Under the pieces are notes generated by a model that made no database searches, was not told the DNA's origin, and saw nothing but the letters and a program-made list of their open reading frames with translations. Positions 60,416-64,000 of a stretch of DNA of 64,000 bases are shown in pieces (the stretch's first letter is position 1; each line of letters starts with the position of its first letter). A program made the position numbers and the translations under genes. Source of the stretch: Phallusia mammillata (lineage: Eukaryota); the NCBI GenBank assembly GCA_965637545.1, contig OZ281494.1:27218001-27282000 (forward strand), read 5' to 3'.

Positions 60416-63400
60416 TTATGAAGAGACAATACGCTCGATAATTCCGCGCGTGTTCTGGTCCAACGCCTCGCAGATACGGTTCATCGCCTTCATATCACGT
60501 GATCCCATTTCGCGCAACTCTCTACCGACTGACGTGCGAACATCTAAACACAAAACAAGTTTCTAATCAATAAACTGTTAAAATATGATAAGTAAATTAA
60601 ATTTCTCTTGACTTTGCTTAACATACACTTATTTAGCAAACACCATTGTGTTATTACTCTACACAATTTGTTTCAGGTATTTTTGCATTCCACGTGACAA
60701 AACACCGGCAACCGTTTGTAATATACAACGGTATTTAGCTACCGACACGTAGCGGTCTACAAACCACCCGTAGAGATAATATTTATGACAGGTTTTAAAA
60801 TTTGGTCTTAAATGCCTCGTACCACCCAAAGAGAAGTGTTTAACCAACATACCAGAACTAGAGTTACCATCTATCCTCACTTTATTGAAACAAACAGCGA
60901 CCAAAAACCCACATCCACGAGACACATTAAACAAAGTTTTGTTCGTGGGTTCGAATTTCAATTCTGACATCATTTATTGTGACAAACGACGACACAACAC
61001 TTACCGTTTTCGATCTCTGTGTTCGCGCACACCTGCGCAAAAATGTCCACGATGCGCGTAACGTTGGCTACGTCACTGCCGATTTGTGGGTGACGTAAAA
61101 GTCGTGCCAAGCAGCCGTAGACTGTAGCATCTTCGGCGTGATCTTCAACAATGGGCAGTTTTGATAATAACACCGGCAAAACCTAATATATAAGGAAACA
61201 AGGTTTTAGTTAATACACATCACAGTTATAGAAATCTTCGTTTTACTGGGCTAAGCCTTTTTTATAACACGTTTGCGCAAACAACTATTACAGTTGGTCA
61301 CAATTGACACAAGAATGATTTATTTTTTACGTTGTAAAATATTGATAAGTTTGTAGTGTCATAACACAAAACGTACAAATTACAATTTTTTTTTAGTTGA
61401 TATCGTTTTCACACAAAAAACAGGATTATTTTTAGTTTGTCTCAGTAGCTTTGTAATACATGCTCGACCGAAAGATCGACCATTTCTGATATCTAACGAA
61501 TACTGTGTAAAGTTCTTATACATGGAACGGCGTGCAAATAACCTTTAACACGACGGTGCTTTTTTACCTGGTCAAGAGGCACGACTTCCTGATTGGCGAC
61601 AATCATGCGACAAACCGCACCCAGAATGTTGTCAGTGACCCTTCGATTCTTCTCACGTGTCAGTGCAGCCGACATACAACCGAGCACAGACGGGTAATGT
61701 TCCACCGCTGCGCTGCCTCCGTTTTTCAATACCACGCCCAGACCGTAAATGGCGTTGTTCCGAACTTCGGCTTCTGAATCCCTGCAAGAATTCATTTAAT
61801 TTGCTGATGAAAGTTGTAAGGCTGCCAGAATCAAACGTTCCGCATAATCATTTACTTAACAGATCAAAAATGAAAACAGATAATTCAAGGAGTAGGACAC
61901 CTTCGACACTTAGTTGTAGTTTTTGTGAATTACAAATAGTTAATATCTTGACCTATATACCAAAACAACACACAATTAATGAGACTACTTAAAATAACAG
62001 TTGTTTAAACTCTAGTAATCCAATCTTGAAGAGTTTTGAGTAAAAAGTATTTGCAGTGTCTTTAAAAAACAAAATCAAACACGATTTGACAAGCTGATGG
62101 AAAAACATTGATATTGATTATACCTTGTGAGAGGAATTAGTCTTGGAACAATGTGCGAAAGTATTTGAACACTTGATCCATCTCCTAACTTGTCCACGAC
62201 CTCAGCTATTGTACCAGCACCGAACGAACGCTCAGCTACAGTATTGGTGACTTTCTACAGAAAATGTTTAAACTTTATGATAAATGCTGACACAAATGTT
62301 TCGCAAACATTAGTTGAACGAATGTGTTTTATTGCTACAACAGCATATCACCCATAAGATAACTTTAATGCACTTACCAGTTTGTTGAGGAAGGTGGGCA
62401 GACATGAGATGAAGTAAGGGAGAAAGGCTGCGCCCAGTTTATCTGCCAGAGTGGGAAAAATCTCACCACAATATTCGACCAACATCTCGTCGTATTCCGC
62501 CTACAATAATATATAATTTCAAACACGAAATTTGAATGCAAAACATTTGTGCGAATTCTAAGTTTGTTATCGGACATATACGCATTTATGATGCTCATTT
62601 ATGTACAAATGAAGCATTGAACTCAACATTGATCTTTACTAAAAGCAGGTTAACAATAAATCTTTTCAATCATGTCAAAGTAACGAACATAAACTTATAG
62701 CCCGACCGTACTCTTTGCAACAAAATATACTATACCTCGTTAAAGACCATGTTAATGTAACAGTACACAAAAACCTGCCTTGATTCTTTAAGCTTAGGAT
62801 GTCATGTAAACGAACAATTAATCACTTTAAATGTACAAAGAACAACTTTTCCCACAACTACCTTTTGTCTTTTTACAGATTTAAGACCTCGGTGGTAAAA
62901 CTCGCCTGGTAAATAGTTTTGTGGTCTTGCACTGCTGCTTTATCTAGCCTACTTACCAAAAATCCATGAACCAGATCATGAAATATAAACTGCACTGACC
63001 TGACACTCGATCTGCAAGCAACCATAAAGTTGTCAACTCAACACTACATTTCCCGGTACAGTAATATCTTGAAATAGATAATGCTGGATTGCATCACTGC
63101 TAATATGGTCATTGGTGTTATTAAACTGAAAAAATACACGTGACAAACAGAGAAGAGCAGAACAAAACCATTTACAATAGTATTGTTTTGAATCTTGTCC
63201 AACACGTTCTAATTAGTGTTCATCCACAAGGCAGTGGCCTGAACTATAGCGAGTTTTAATTCATTTCTCCATAATGTAATAATGTATGAACACAAAATTT
63301 TTATAAGGGGGGGGGGGGGGGGGGGGGGTCATGTACACAATCACTAGGAGGTAGCACAGAGATTGGCTAATTTGAAGTATGTCAATACCCATTATGTTAA

Positions 63401-63488
63401 TCACCTGTTGTTCGTCCTCTTCATCTGTCTCGTCGTCTTGGCATGCCGCTTTTTGCTGGAGAACTTGCACCAAGGAGTTCATCAACAT
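60416..63488 (-). CDS. IPO4: Importin-4, six 3' exons of second copy (gene continues beyond the right edge)
   Basis: Exons 63488-63405, 62500-62378, 62254-62124, 61781-61568, 61182-61005 and 60543-60416; frames open, splice sites intact. Confidence 0.85.
63307..63328. repeat. Poly-G tract (G22)
   Basis: The paralogous site 34489-34495 has only G7. Confidence 0.9.
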
Positions 63489-64000
63489 CTGTCGGATAAA
63501 TACAAATCACAATAGCTGGATGAAAAATTGCGGTAAAAGTCATCGTACACAAGTTAGTAACAGTTTGTGATAAGAATTCGTCGACAACCTTTTGTATGTA
63601 ACGAATCAAAACTAAGATCAGCCAAGTCGGTGTGAACCGGAAATTATTTTATTTTAAATTCTCTTTCCATTACTGTTAACCATGTTTTTTATCCTCTCAA
63701 TTTTGACGTATTTTCATCACATTTTCTCATTGTTAGGCTACTAATGGGCAACATTGCAAAAAATGGGCAAAAATTTGATCAATTATAAAAACTTCCTTGG
63801 ACGATTTTAACGATTATCATGCAACAAAAACTATTGTCCACTAGCGAACAGATAAAACATAGTAAATGTTAGGTGTTCCATCAACAACAAAAAATTGGAC
63901 GCTCAAGTTTGATAGCTTTCAGGGAAACAAAATGTCGTCAAGTCTTTTAGGTTTTGCTAGGGTCGCTAGTCGCTACAACGTTCTCTTATTAGGCCAAATT

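Larger units (their letters stand above)
50815..64000. repeat. Second copy of ~30.6-kb segmental duplication (matches 20233-35150; runs off right edge)
   Basis: Begins inside the TY last exon (ggaacatccacaac...). Contains IL17a-4, the GIY-YIG relic, IL17b-4 and IPO4 3' exons. The last bases match 35121-35150. Confidence 0.95.

Noticed and set aside
1-64000. CRISPR array, prokaryotic operon, rRNA or intact autonomous transposon
   Set aside because: No regularly spaced repeat-spacer array, no long uninterrupted ORFs, and no RT or transposase ORF; the sequence is intron-rich eukaryotic DNA.
50734-64000. Left IPO4 exons as an alternative 3' half of the right-hand gene
   Set aside because: It would require skipping the entire duplicated exon set, including a terminal exon, and the left set is frameshifted. 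Not excluded without cDNA, but unsupported.

Overview
AT-rich eukaryotic (animal) genomic DNA with short GT-AG introns. The gene and MITE content suggest a marine invertebrate deuterostome such as an ascidian; this is inference only. The window is an amplified interleukin-17 (IL-17) cytokine cluster: 11 IL-17-family loci in five paralog classes, which I label a-e. Every complete locus has three coding exons joined by two phase-2 introns, a signal peptide, an RSxSPW...(Y/F)DxRR motif and a CxCxGC...CxC cystine knot. A ~10.4-kb cassette (TIL+thyroglobulin protease-inhibitor gene / IL17a(+) / Penelope GIY-YIG relic / IL17b(-)) is tandemly repeated three times in 1-29044. A ~30.6-kb unit (20233-50814) is repeated again from 50815 to the window end. 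Importin-4 (IPO4) lies on the minus strand. The left copy has 17 exons (31620-50733), is 5'-truncated and carries a +1 frameshift, and its 10.8-kb intron hosts IL17c/d/e antisense. A second set of IPO4 3' exons starts at 60416 and runs off the right edge. The most notable observations are: IL-17s with a glycosylated pro-region and furin/dibasic sites, a very basic C-terminal tail on IL17b, a Roquin-type CDE stem-loop in the IL17a 3'UTR, a minimal hammerhead ribozyme carried by a Penelope-like fragment into one IL17a upstream region, promoter swapping at duplication junctions, and several dated TE insertions with empty paralogous sites. Caveat: some duplication could be haplotype stacking in the assembly. 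All exon models were derived by hand and have no expression support.
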